From positions 10,912,001-10,976,000 of the forward strand of contig CM060734.1 of assembly GCA_030704615.1 (NCBI GenBank): a stretch of DNA of 64,000 nucleotides. The letters are read 5' to 3'. Within the stretch, counting starts at the first letter, position 1. Each line of letters begins with the position of its first letter. Source of the stretch: Takakia lepidozioides (Eukaryota; Plantae; Bryophyta). The position numbers were made by a program, and so were the translations under genes. Below are positions 1-12,529 of this stretch, piece by piece. The notes below the pieces were generated by a model, which was given only the letters and a program-made list of their open reading frames with translations, was not told where the DNA came from and made no database searches.

Positions 1-709
1 TCGGTAAGCTCCCCCCCCTCAAGTCATAGTTACTCGCTTGATGCGCGCGCCTAACTCCCAACCTGGCCGCCGGGCCAACTTGGAGCTTCGGCTGCTCACC
101 GGGACATAACGGTCCCCCCTTGATCTCCCAAAGAACCCTCCAACGATTTAGAACCAGCGGAATTCCCTTTGGTAGTTGGCAGTCCGGAACAGCCTCCCAC
201 TCTTTGGTCGCTTTCCGGCTCGCTCGCTTACTCACTAGCTTTTGGTCACCAACGGGCTTGCACCGTTCTGGGGGTTACTACTCCCTATATATACTTCTGT
301 AGCTGTCCGCGAGGGTTTCACAAACAACCATGCCATTTTATGGCGAACCACCACGAACACCCTCGACTCCCGGTGATGAGTCGCGGTGAGTCTTGGCCCA
401 CCCACCACGGCCCCTATGGACCGTGATGAGTCCCAAGACTCCCCACGACTCCCACCACGAGGTCTCCGCCCCAGGGTGAGTCCTATGCCACCCCCACTAA
501 GTCCCGCTAAGCTACCACCACCCCTTGTGGAGCCACCCCCACCGCAACCCGGTGTGCGGGGCTCCACCTAGTGAGCGCCTCCGCCTCCTTGAGTGCCTTG
601 GGCATTCAAGGGTGCTTCGGCCCCCCATACCTATCGCTGCACCCCCCCACCACAGGGGCAGCCCCTCTTGTGTCCCGACCCCCTGCCCTCAAGGCAAAGG
701 GCCGCGACA
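1..709 (-). mobile_element. Ty3/gypsy chromovirus LTR (family A), cut by the window edge
   Basis: Near-identical to 17115-17841 (reverse), 29015-29628 and 61615-62128; ends in CGCGACA at 709. Orientation is taken from the pol/INT remnants next to the other copies. Confidence 0.9.
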
Positions 710-960
710 TGGACTGTGAGTTCAACAAGATAGCGTGGCTGTCAGCCGCCATTCCTCATTTGGGCATTCAATGGGCATGCATTGGTTCTCCTGTCTATCC
801 AGCCGTAGAACGTTTCTTTTCGCATTGAAAGTCCATTTCTTCCAAACCAACTGCTGCAATTATGTGCAAATACGTCTTACATCCACCTGGAAAGCAACAC
901 CCCACTAGACTTTGCACTCAGGACTCTGCACTCTAAAGCAACATTGACAGAGGACCTCCC

Positions 961-2280
961 ATGGCATGGGCTCCCTGGATGCAGAGTTCTTCACCGAGGA
1001 TCACCCAGTGCCTTTTTCGTACGAAGTGGATGATGATGGTTTTGCTGTTGTGCAGGAACAGGTGCTCGCAACGCAGTTTCGACTGGATCAGAATGGCACT
1101 CTTTTCCTGGAGAGAGAAATGTACGATGTCGACGGAAATTTACTCAAATACGAGTTCAAAAAACCCACAGAGATAGCACAAAAACAGTGGAGAGTGCCTC
1201 CAGGCCGATATAGGGTACTGAGTGCTCCTCGTCGACAGTATGCAGGATCATTTCTCACTCCTGGAACTGCAGCTTCAGTGGCCCAGGAGAAAACTCATGT
1301 GGTTGTTAAAAAGGAATCAACAACCGTTAACATAGTCGTGGAGCTTTCCGACTCCTCCGAGGAGGACGCATGTGAAATTCCACCTGTGGATCAGCCATCT
1401 CCTGTTGTGGAAGCGGATGTAGAGGAGATCTCCAGTGTCATTCCCAAGCTGAAGGCCATGGGTGGAATGGCAAGATTCAAGAGTGAGTTGAGGGGGATTG
1501 ACTGGAGCACTTTCAGTGTTGAGCGTGTAAAGTTCCTGCCATAATCATTTGATGGTAATATTTTTTCTTAGCTGCCCCCACCTGGGCAGGTGGAGGCATT
1601 TCCAGTCTGATACAAGGAATGGACAAAAAACACGATGGGCACCCCTGGTGTCGAACAAAAACCTCCAATATTCACAACCATGACAACCTCATATTCAGGA
1701 GAACAGTCTGTAATGGGCACCTCAGATGCGAGGACATGAAATGCAGACATTTTGCACTGTTAGGTGTTCAAAACCAAAGCGAATGGGATGATGTCTCTGA
1801 GAATCCCTTCAAGCCTGGGATCACGCCACCATACAACAACACTTTTGTGTGCAAGTTCTGTAAGCTCGCACCTTCATGTCTTGCATTGTGTGGTGCAAGA
1901 ATGTACTATGTGGTGCACCGATTCAAAACCGTGACTAGAGCCTGTGTCCATTTTGGTTTTCACAATCACCCTCTGTCCAAGGGGGATTACAAGGAAAGCG
2001 TTGAGACAGTGTCGCGCCTCATAAGAGAGGAGTTGGAGAGAAATCCAACAACAACCACTTCCGCAATTGCGATAGGAGCGAGCAAGTCCTTCCTGGAAAG
2101 CCATATTCCCAGTGCAACAGATTTTGTGGGCGGGAAATTGGAGGGACCAGCTTTGGACATTGTTTATATGGACCATTTTTCAACGTTGACTTCTCCAAAC
2201 ATTCGGAATCTGGTGAACGCTTTGAGAATGGGCTCTGCGAGCCGGGGTTATATGAACAATATTCTGGTTTCGAAGCGAAG
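961..2280 (+). pseudogene. GCM-like zinc-finger MULE transposase, 5' part (copy A), truncated before the DDE domain
   Basis: ORFs 966-1544 and 1619-2368 join through a stop and frameshift. MDKKHDGHPWCRTKTS..CNGHLRCEDMKC..CKFC..RACVHFGFHNHP is collinear with the transposase at 4100-7753. Confidence 0.75.
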
Positions 2281-2285
2281 GAGCA

Positions 2286-3020
2286 GACGTCGCTTTTCGG
2301 GTGGTCCGTGGCGATGGCATGGGCCTCCTGCTAGCGATGCTCGGTCGTCGCTGCCCTCCAGTACTTAGCAAGTTCCAACAAACGCCTCACATTCCTCCAA
2401 CAACGCCGTTACCGCTAGCACCTTCTCACCGTCTTCCTTGACCCAACGGCATTGGAGGGGGCGACGGCTCGGCGTCGCAACCAAGTTTTTTTCTAAAATG
2501 CCCGGGCGTCGCATCCTAAAAACAAAAAACACGTGGCGTAAGCCAGGTGGTAGGATAAGCGACGCCGCTGCGTCGCTGCTAGCGACTCCTGGGCATGGCA
2601 AAGAAAAAACACCCGTCGCCGCTAGAGTCGGGCGCTGCGACGCTCGGCCGTGGGTTCCCGCGACGCCTGGCGTTGCTTTCTAGATTTTCAATCAAAAAAA
2701 TAAAAACACGTGGCGCACGCAGGGTATTGGGATCAGCGACGCCGTGCGCTGCGACGCTCGGCTGTGGGTTCCCGCGACGCGCTGGTGGCTTTCTAGATTT
2801 TCAATCAAAAAATAAAAACACGTGGCGCACGCAGGGTGTTGGGATCAGCGACGCCACGGCGTCGTTGCTAGCGACCCCCGGACTAAAAAAAACCCGTCGC
2901 AGGGGGGTCGGGCGTTGCTACCGGCATGGGTTCTTGCGACGGCCAGCCATCGCTGCTTGCGACCCCCGCCAAAAAACCCGTCGCAAGGCGCTGGTCTTAG
3001 CAATGCCCTTCCGTCGCAAG
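2286..3020. repeat. Array of GCGACG/CGTCGC inverted motifs, probably a TE subterminal repeat
   Basis: Many GCGACG..CGTCGC motifs, with duplicated blocks such as ctttctagattttcaatcaaaaa..aaaaacacgtggcgcacgcaggg at ~2677 and ~2790. Confidence 0.7.
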
Positions 3021-3252
3021 GCCAACTTGGTTGGGGGGGGGGGGGTTGATTTTGGGGGTGAATTGGGGGTGTTTTTTGTTTTTCCCTGGTTTTGTTTTGG
3101 GGTGTTGGGAGACCTTACAGCTTCCATTGCTCTGATGTAGCAGGTACACAATTGAGCAAGCATGAATCGAGGGTGAGGCCGGTGCGACACATGAATAAGA
3201 TGAAAGATGAAAATATATTAACAAGCAATGAGCTGAAATGCTTTGCTCACAA

Positions 3253-3330
3253 GGGAGGTTTACTATCTCATGAGCAGAAACCATGAGCCATGAGCCATGA
3301 GCCGCATGAGCCGCATGAGCGGTGAGCCGA
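3253..3330 (+). repeat. Putative element terminus: GGGAGGTTTACTATCTCATGAGC followed by ATGAGCC repeats
   Basis: Matches 46775-46830 (GGGGGGCTGCTATTTCATGAGCC followed by ATGAGCC repeats). Confidence 0.55.
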
Positions 3331-4099
3331 AGTCTAAGACACGCGATTTCATGAGCGGACTCCTCCAAATTTTGGAAATGCGGCAGATTAAACAAGTATT
3401 TAAATAATAGTTTTTTATTTGACCTTGCCGTTTTTGGAAGTTCCACATCCTGTAATGCGGCGAAGATATGTCGTCAGTAACAAGTCCGCTCATGGTTCTT
3501 TAGATCTGCTCATGGAAATTATTGACCGTGCAACGAGAAATGCAGTATACCACGGCAAAAGAACGTCGCATACTGGCCTGTATAGAGTATTCCGCAGTTT
3601 TACATTCCTTAACATTGGAATGAAGCTGACCCTTCTGCCGCGAACGATAGAGTCTGACCAATAGAGTCTGCAGTACTTCACAATTCTGTCATTTTCGGGT
3701 ATTCGCGGGAAAGATTTGCGACTCAACTGGGAAATGCGGTGCCGCATTAGGGCTCGCACGTGCGAAATTTCTGGGGAGTTTGGTGTTGGCGACGGTCGGC
3801 TCCCTGAAGGCTGGGTGCGACTATCTTGCTATGACGAAGGCCGCATCTATCAGTACCTACGACGTTACTTGGAAATGCGGCGCCGCATTTCCTTGCCGGG
3901 GATCGAATGAGGAAAGCAAAGTTTGGGAAAGCAGAAAAACAGGAACCCCTCCAACACACAAAAATACATGCACGTGGAAAACACAAGTGAATGACATAGT
4001 ATTATCTTAGTTCGAGCAAAATAGGTTACTGGTAGGCAAGACATAAGTTGGACCTTTCTGTGGCCAGAGTCAGAGCTACTTGCAGCAGTACAGTTCTAC

Positions 4100-7000
4100 T
4101 ATCCGAAAAGGATGGGCGTACCATTGTGTTGGGACCGCAAGCCAAGCTCACTGGTCCCCTGGATCCATATTCAAAAGAGTGTGCACCTCTTGGGGCTCAA
4201 CCCTGGTGCATGTATGAAGTGATGAGTTGTGGAATTACATCGGAGTCTCTTTAGTACACGTAGTACAGATGCTTGCAAGGGCAGTATGATGCCCCCCTTG
4301 TTCGCCATGATCTGGAAGTCGGTGCAATTGCAGGTGGGTAATTCTGAAATGGTGATGGTGTACACCTCATTGCAAACAGCTGAGCCTGCCGTGGCCATCT
4401 GATACACACGCCCGAAGCCTGGTGGGGGCACTTCTGTCGAGCTCTGGATTGTACAGTTCATCCAAAGTGCATTCCCCATCCTTGTCTCGTTCACTTTTGA
4501 GGGAGGTCGCCGCCTCTTCGTTTCCCCCAACGGTGTGTAGGATGCTTAGAGGTGTCGGGTCCCATTTCTTGTTCTTGCTCTCACAAGGGTCGGTGGTGGA
4601 GGCTGTGGAAGAGGAAATGGTTGTCTGGGGACGTCAGTGCGCTGCACCATCCGAAATCCTGCGGCGGTAAGGGCGTCGGCCTCAACCTGACTCAGATCAC
4701 AACCTGGTTCCACCGGCCACACCGGGGGAGCCTCTGGCATTGTTTGTATGCCGTACTTGGGCTTTCCATACACGCAAGTCATAATGTCGTGCCTGCAGAA
4801 CCAGAACTGGGTGGTTGTCGCCTCCGCAAACTTTGCATGGACAAATCTTCCTGTAAAAGTAGGAGCAGGGACAGCCCCATCTGGATTCCTCCTTATCATC
4901 TCTAAACAACGTTGCCGTGTATCCACTCGAATTGCGGAAACACCTGCCTCGAAACGACGGCTTTGTGCGAGCAATTCTCCACTGTGACGTAGACACAATC
5001 GTCTCCACAATGGCTTGGCCATACTGCATAACAGCGGGCGGAATCTGGGGCAAGCGAGCGGTGGGAATTTCTCACACAGAATCCCCGCTTGAAGGCGATG
5101 GCGATCTGGAATTTCTTGGGCTTCCACTGCTGGAAGACACATTGTGCGGCAACATGACGAGACCTCGAGGTGCTGTCCGAATGTTCCTGTCGGATCTCCA
5201 TGAATCCTCTTCGCACCCGGGTTCCTCTTCAATCCTCCGCCTCACAAGGCGAGTACGGACGTCCCCCTCTAGGTGTTCACCTCTGCGGTGCAAAGGCGTC
5301 CCTTTGATCTTCTCTCGCAATGCTGTCGCCCATTTCAGTGGATTCTTCGACCTCGAAGCTGTTCGTACCAACGATTCCTCCCTGTCCGGCCCAAAGCCCC
5401 ATTGTTTCCCGCTTAGGAACTTGTAGTACGTGGCTTGCTGCATGATTGCTCGGTCGATGTCCTCCGTTGTGGCCGTTACTACATCCACCAGATGTGCGGC
5501 AGAAGACGCTCGCCAGGGAGAGTGGACCGATTCTGCCATATTCGTGTTCGGCATGTCCGTGTCGGAATCCAAGCACCGCTCCTACAACGACACAAACAAT
5601 GGTGAGGGACCAATGGAAAGGTCCGTAATAGAAAGACAATTGCACGAAAATGACAGCATCATACCTCTCGCATGTACTGTCCAAACTGTCGATACCGGAA
5701 ATGCCACCACCCCAACCAGCTGTGCAAGGCTCCCAGATTGGTTGTCTCCACTGCACCTGACGTGTTCCACCAAGCCTCGATGATAGCAAACTTAACCTCC
5801 ACGTCATCAAATGTGGGTGCATCCTTCTACGCTGTACAAAGGACACGGTGTTCAGCCTGGAATGAGCTAGCAACAAATTTGGTAGTGTAGTGAGATAGAC
5901 TCTGCATCCAATGGAATCCATAGGATTTCTCTTTCCCCTCCATTGGAACATTGGGGTCCTCACCGTACACACCGCACCGCTGCCCAGTTGGTCTGAGCAT
6001 TGTCTGCCATGAATCCCCTGAAATTGGGCTCTGGCAATCCCGCCCTTGCCATTTGCTCGTTTATGCCCTCCCACAAATGCATCTCCGACTGTGTGTCCTC
6101 CCCTTTCATCTCGCCGATTGCAATCGTCATGAGCCTCTTGAGTGATAGTCATAAATGCGCACCCATAGTCACCCACTGATGGTTTGTAATTCGCTTGATG
6201 TGATCAAACATCACCAAGCATTCGACAAGTTTCCAGTTGTCATGCGAGTGACCAAGTCGACTCCACTCCCAGCCCACACGTTGACATTTTAAAAAGGTAA
6301 CAACGATCGGATTCGCTGCCTTGCCCCTGGAAACCTGCTACCTTGGATGTAGTCATATCTAGTCATTCGTTTCACACCTCAGGATTGAGTGCATGTCCGA
6401 CCCCCGGCCGAACTCCTGCTTGCAAGATACGATGTGATTCGCGCACATTCGGACTACAAACGTGCGAGACAGACTCCAACAGGTCAAGCATCTCCTCTTC
6501 GTTCAAGGGCACTCGGTCTGAACCATCTTCAGACATGATTTTGCCAAGAGCAATCTTGTGGGCTGCCTTCAGCTGAATCTGCTTTGGTCTGGCTCCGGGG
6601 CTCAATTTCACCTCCTCTTTTATGATGTCGTGTGCTTTCTGCACAGCCTCACGCATGTTGCCTCTCGCCAAGGGGTGGCAGTGGACCCCAACGTGTATGC
6701 AAGCTCTAGTCAAGTCCGGGAGCAAATGGATAACGTAACATTGCTTGGCTCTGCACATGGACATGCACGTCGTGGTTCTTTGCAATGTGCGCACTTGAAA
6801 GTACACGCAGGAGCTTGGCTGGGAGACAATGAATGGATGATGGGTTGTGCCAGTCCAATCCGTCTCGTTTCTCCGCCCTTCTTTGGAAAGAAAGTGGAAG
6901 CAGGCGGGATTGAGGCACCTCAGCTTCCCCGCACAGAGGACGTATCGTACACGAACACCATTAGCAATTTTTGTGCTACTGGTCTTCGTCACACACACCA

Positions 7001-7753
7001 GGGTGTCCGTCATGCTTTCGATCCATGTCTGTTAACATCCCTGAGACTTTGTTTGAGGAAGTAACAGGTGGAAACTCGAAGATGACATTGCCATCGACTT
7101 CGGGAGGCAGATACGTTACCTTCCTGACTGGAAATTTGCATAGTCGAGGGCAGCCAGCTTGGAGCGAGAACCATCGAGGTGATGTTGCCGTAGGAGCTGC
7201 ACAATGGACCGGGTTGGAGTTATGCTCGAGGGTACATGCGTAGCACCTGTAGAGACGTCCATGTCGGATTTGAACGACCGTGTGGAAGACATGGGGACCT
7301 CAATGCACTCATCTTCCTCGTCGGAAATGTTGAATACGTCCACACGAGAAGCTATGGAGGGTCTTGACGGTCCAGGTCGGGAATGATTATCGTTGCATAC
7401 CTCTCTGTTGGCAGTGGCCGCCTGTCGGTTTCCGGACTCCTTTGTGGATGGTGTGGGCAGCGACTGATTCGGAAAGGGAATGGCATTCCCACAGCTCGGT
7501 ACAGGATGGTGTCTGATGGGAGTACGTGCCATTCGATTCCGCAACCTCCGTCGTTACCTAGCACAACAATGGTCTCGTCAACCTGTCCAGGAATATCCTT
7601 CCTTTCTTCTTCCAAATAAACTGTTCCCGGTTTGAGCTTGAATTTGGAACAAAGTAAGTTTCAGTCACTCTGCAATCCTCCCCCCTCGTTTGGGATCCAG
7701 GCTCTCCCAAGTTGCGGAGGACAGCAAACTATAGCGTAGGAATTCGGAGCCAT
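4100..7753 (-). pseudogene. Full-length Mutator-like transposase (N-terminal domain + GCM-like Zn finger + DDE + SWIM), frameshifted (copy B)
   Basis: Cross-frame reading from ATG 7753: MAPNSY..; DMDRKHDGH..CAGKLRCLNPAC..RACIHVGVHCHP; MFDHIKR (D1); FMADNAQTNWAAV (D2); (C/Y)GFHWMQS; intron ~5584-5665; TNMAESVH (E); YTITISELPTCNCTDF..CPCKHLYYV (SWIM). Confidence 0.85.
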
Positions 7754-8144
7754 CGAAGACCGCACGAAGTTGGCAAGTGTGAGGTTCAGTATAGCGACAG
7801 ACCAAGGCTCACAGGCACCATGTAAGTGGATCTGCGGAGTCCATCGACGATTGGAAGTCGCACATTGAAGTGGAAAGTATTGTTTCAAGCTACATGCATG
7901 AAGGTGGGAGGTGTGATTCCATAGCCAGTGAGTATGACAATGATGGCCGATTCGGCGACGAAATAACATCTCCTGACAGTTTCTCCTGAGGGTGGATCCA
8001 CCAGTATTCTCGGTGCAGACATGTACGTTCGCACTGACAAGTGTCAGGACTGTTGGTTAAAACGGTCAGACAACCAAGTTGTGTTCATCAAGACAGACCG
8101 CAATTGTGTTGTTTCGGAACAATGCAACCCATTGAGGTTCCGCA

Positions 8145-9590
8145 TGCGGAAATGAGGTTCCGCATTTCCGTCCGGAGTGATACTTTCGATTGCTGTTGGA
8201 CGGCAATACGGCGCCGCATTTCCGTTTTGCATCTTAGTCATGCACCAGTGCGACGGAATGCGGCACCGAGTTTCCGTCCGGGGAAACCTTTATACTCTCC
8301 AGAACGGAAATGCGGTGTCGCTTTCCATCCAACAAGCACGGTATGTGAAGGTGGAACGGAAATGCGGTAACGCATTTCCGTTCTGATTGAGAATCATAAA
8401 CCACGGGAACTGAAATGCGGCACCGCATTTCCGTCCGAGTCGCACCTTCTGACATACCAAAACGGAAATACGGCGCCGCAATTCCGTTTTGTATCTGAGG
8501 CATGGAGCTGAGGGACGGAAATGCGGCACCGCGATTCCGTCCGAGTCGCACCTTCCGACATTCCAGAACGGAAATGCGGCGCCGCATTTCTGTTTTTTAT
8601 CTGAGGCATGGAGCTGAGTGACGGAAATGCTGCAGCGCATTTCCGACCGGTTAAGACCTTCATACTCTCCAGAACGGAAATTTGGTACCGCATTTCCGTT
8701 CAGAAGAATTATGAACAACGGGAACTGAAATGCGGCACCGCATTTCCGTCCGAGTCGCACCTTTCGACATACCAGAACGGAAATGCGGCGCCGCATTTCC
8801 ATTTTCTATCTCAGGCATGGAGCGGAGGGACGAAAATTTTGCACCGCATTTCCGTCTGTTTGAGACCTTCATACTCTTCAGAACGGAAATGCGGTACCGC
8901 ATTTCCGTTCTGACTGAAAATCGTGAACCATCGGAACTGAAATGCGGCACCGCATTTCCATCCGAATCGCACCTTCCGACATTCCAGAACGGAAATGCGG
9001 CGCCGCATTTCCGTTTTGTATATGAGGCATGGAGCTGTGGGACGGAAATGCGGTGCCGCATTTCATCCATTGAGACCTTCATACTCTCCTGACCGGAAAT
9101 GCGGCACCGCATTTCCGTTCAGGTGAGACCTTTATAACCCCGAACGGAAATGTGGCACGGCATTTCCGTTCATCAACTAAGGTATGTGAAGGTGGAACGG
9201 AAATGCGGTACTGCATTTCCGTTCAGATTGAAAATCATGAACCACGGGAACTGAAATGTTGTGCCGCATTTCCGTCCGAATCGCACCTTCCGACATTCCA
9301 AAATGGAAATGCGACGCCGCATTTCCCTTTTGTATCTCAGGCATGGAGCTGTGGGACGGAAATGCGGTGCCGCATTTCCATCCATGTGAGACCTTCATAC
9401 TCTCCAGACCGGAAATGCGGCACCGCATTTCCGTTCAAAAACTAAGGTTTGTGAAGGTGGAACGGAAATGCGGTGTCGCATTTTCTTCCAACAAGTACGG
9501 TATGTGTAGCGTCGTGATGGTACTTAACGGAAATGCGGCGCCGCATTTGCATTTTCACTCCAACTCATCAGATGCTGGGACGGAAATGCC
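8145..9590. repeat. Array of about 27 22-bp palindromes GGAAATGCGG(CA/TG/CG)CCGCATTTCC, ~53-bp period
   Basis: Directly visible; a few spacer types recur in higher-order units. Confidence 0.95.
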
Positions 9591-10169
9591 ATGATATGTG
9601 AACACGTGGAGCAACGGAATTGCGGCATATGTCTGCACACTATCTGACTGAAGTGGCATGAGGCGGCGCGGCCTGACTGTTGGATAATGATGTTTGTTTT
9701 TCGGACAGCAGGCGTACCCTGAACGATTCGAATTTCGTAATGACGCAAAGTCCACGAGGAGACACTTTCGTCCAACCCTTTCGAACCCAAGTGGTGCATC
9801 ACCGCCGTTTCATCTTCTTTTGTCGTGTACTCAGTCACCCCTCTCGCGCCCTTTCCATCTGCACTCTTCGCCCCTTTTCCCTATCTCTGTTCTTCTTATG
9901 CTCGAACCTGAGAGGGAGGGAGTGCGTGCACCAGAGAAGAGACATCGTCGCAAGCTCCGAAAATTGTACTTCGGACGTAGGCGAATGCCGAAGGGGAGGA
10001 AGCAGATGCGTCTACAGGAGGAGATTGCCATCTCACAACATCAGGGCACGTAGGCAACCCAGCCACCAGTGAGAGCTCCGTGCTATCGGGATTCGCCAGC
10101 TGATCGAGCACCGAAACCCCCCTCATTTTTCTTCTGCAATTCTTAGACTGTATGCTAGGAGACTTGAAT

Positions 10170-11025
10170 GCAGAAGATGTTTGCATGCCTAACCGGAAAG
10201 GTGGACGTGCTGGAGGGATCGCAGGAATCCGAAGAGCCGCAGGCAGAGTCCGTGGAGGTAGCTACAACACGCACACCCAGCCGATCCACGAGCACGGGTC
10301 TTCCTGCCGGGCCTAGCCGTGTGCGTTTCAAGGACGCGGCTTTGAAGGGCAAGTCTTTGCAGTTCAAAGCCCCAGAGAGCGACTCGCGTTCGAAGGTCGT
10401 GGAGAATCGCCAGCAGGGGTCTAGCCCTTCTCCAACAAAGACAAAGAAGAAGCAGCTCGTCCTTCAACTTGTTTCTGAACCGGACTAGCCGGCCCCCCCC
10501 CCACCCAGGCGAATGAAGCAGATTCAATTGCAGCAGACACCTTCACCTGCAAGAATGAGGAAGCAGAAGGCAATCAGGGGGAGGGCGGAGCAGTCTCCCG
10601 CAAGAAGTTAATCCAAAGCCTCTGCCATCAATGAAGATGAGCGAGAACCAGGTTGTTCACAACCTCTCGGATTCAGATGAGGTCATGGAAGTTCCAAGAT
10701 CATCCTGGAGATCAGGCAAGTCCTCAATGGACATCAGCGGAGGAGGGAATCATATTCCCAGTACGAGCTCTGCAATTTGATCCATTCTTGATATTCTGCG
10801 AGGGCTGCACATGGAGGGACACCGCTCCAAGCTCGTTGTGCTGGACTACAACAAGTTCACAATCAAATCCGTGATACATCTTCTCCCAGATGTCGACGAC
10901 AATATTTTTTTTGAGTTCCCTCCTCGAACGGACAATTCCAGAGCGTCCGGAATGTTGACAGATATGGATAGGAAACATGACGGTCCCCCTTGGTGCGTCA
11001 CCAGAATCACCAGCATGAAGATGCT
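10170..11025 (+). pseudogene. Truncated GCM-MULE paralog (copy C), divergent from copy B
   Basis: VVHNLSDSDE..SILDILRGLHMEGHRSKLVVLDYNKF..LLPDVDDNIFFEFPP..SGMLTDMDRKHDGPPWCVT aligns with copy B at ~7000-7340. Confidence 0.75.
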
Positions 11026-11216
11026 CTTTCTGGTAGGCTATTTTTTTAATATTTGACTGTAATCATCAAATATTTGACACCCTATAATAACATAAAATAA
11101 AACAAAAATTTCTTAGAGTGCAAAATATTTTATTGCTCAATGTTCTAATGCATCAATCAAACGAATGAGAAAAAAATGTTGCATATTTTGAGTGCAATGA
11201 AAAAATATTCCTCAGG

Positions 11217-12418
11217 TGGTGAGCACTGTGTGCATACAATTTCCGATACCAATAAGAGCATAAACTGGGATTTGGAAGTAGAGGACGAGTGGGACAGCAG
11301 GCCGAGGATGTCATCCGACATTCATGAGGAATCACGGACGTAGATACCACGGAGCAATCTAGCGTCATGGGTAACAGATGGTACGGTGTGCACAATGTGC
11401 CTAAACCCTTACGGACCGGAGGGAGGCTATATGTTTGGTTCATATGGCCATTTGTTCCACCCCACATGTCTCATATCGGCAGCCATGCAAGCCAGCCAAT
11501 GCCCTGACTGCCGTGGACCAATCCATCGACGTTTCTACGAGTTGTTTGGGTTGCAAGATAATATGCCCACGGGATACGAGTACAACCGGTACAACATGCC
11601 ATTGGATGTGGAGCCTTACGATTTTTTAAATTGTCAGCATTAGGGGGAGATAATGACATGGGATGCTCCAAGAGAGATGCACGCCTTGAATGCTATAACG
11701 TTATCTAGGGGTTAAAGATCCGTGACCTTTTGGTGACATCCAACTGGGAAAACCCGTGCGTGCTAGAGGCATACTGGACCCAGTCCAAAGGGAGTTTTTT
11801 TACCGGAACTTGGGAGGGCATTGGAGCTGTACCACACAAAGATTCTTCCGATTGCTTGAGGATCCGTGGATGCCAGCGGAAAACGACCCACACAATCGCG
11901 AACCGATTGGGAGAGACCTATTTCTGAGGGAGTTGGAGGACGTTAGCATCCGTTGGGATGATATGAATGAGAGGTACTGGGTGCCTCGTCGGGATGAAAG
12001 GCCATTTCCTCCAGAGTTGCGCGGAGACCCCCAGCAGGAGGAGGTGTTGGACAATTTCAAGGCTGTCATCACGAGTGTTGTAAAGTATTGGCAGAACACA
12101 TGGCGTGACCAAGTTGCCCCTATTCCAGGGGTGATCTTGTCACTTCCAAACATATCGGATTTAATTGAAAAATTGCATGAAGCCGTAGCAAGAGCGACAA
12201 ACCCGGCTCTGGCAAATGTGGAAGAGAGTCAGCACTCGCCTAGAACGCTACGCATGATGGCAACGGTGGACCACAAAACACTGGGTCCCTCTTTGACCAC
12301 TCGAGCCCAGGCTCGAGCTCTCCGTACTAGTGGAGGCACGTCCTCTACACCCGGAGCATCTTCATCAACATCTGGAGATGACGGCAACAAAGTAATTAAT
12401 CTAGATGAAGATGACTAG
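11217..12418 (+). pseudogene. RING-H2 finger protein (TE cargo) with internal stops
   Basis: CTMC-x12-(Y)GHLFHPTC-x10-CPDC in ORF 11386-11643, continuing to ORF 11756-12418 that ends VINLDEDD; splice acceptor ctcag at ~11216. Confidence 0.65.
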
Positions 12419-12529
12419 AAAGGCTAGAAACGTGGGGAGTAGGCCAAAGGTCTCAGGTTGCGAAAACTTAAATGTGCAACCCACTGTATAGTCTACGTAA
12501 TTTTTGGAAATACGAGGTTCATCCTTTGA

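Noticed and set aside
120-828. Pro/Gly-rich ORFs within LTR copies
   Set aside because: Not consistently preserved among the four LTR copies; GC-rich artefacts.
8145-9590. CRISPR-like appearance of the palindrome-spacer arrays (also 20385-23725 and 49155-50210)
   Set aside because: Spacers recur or are low-complexity, no cas genes are visible, and the context is eukaryotic with introns.
8041-9838. Many overlapping ORFs with MRRRIS/KCGAAF/GNAAPHF repeats (also 49077-50324 and 32053-32496)
   Set aside because: They are translations of the palindrome arrays, not genes.
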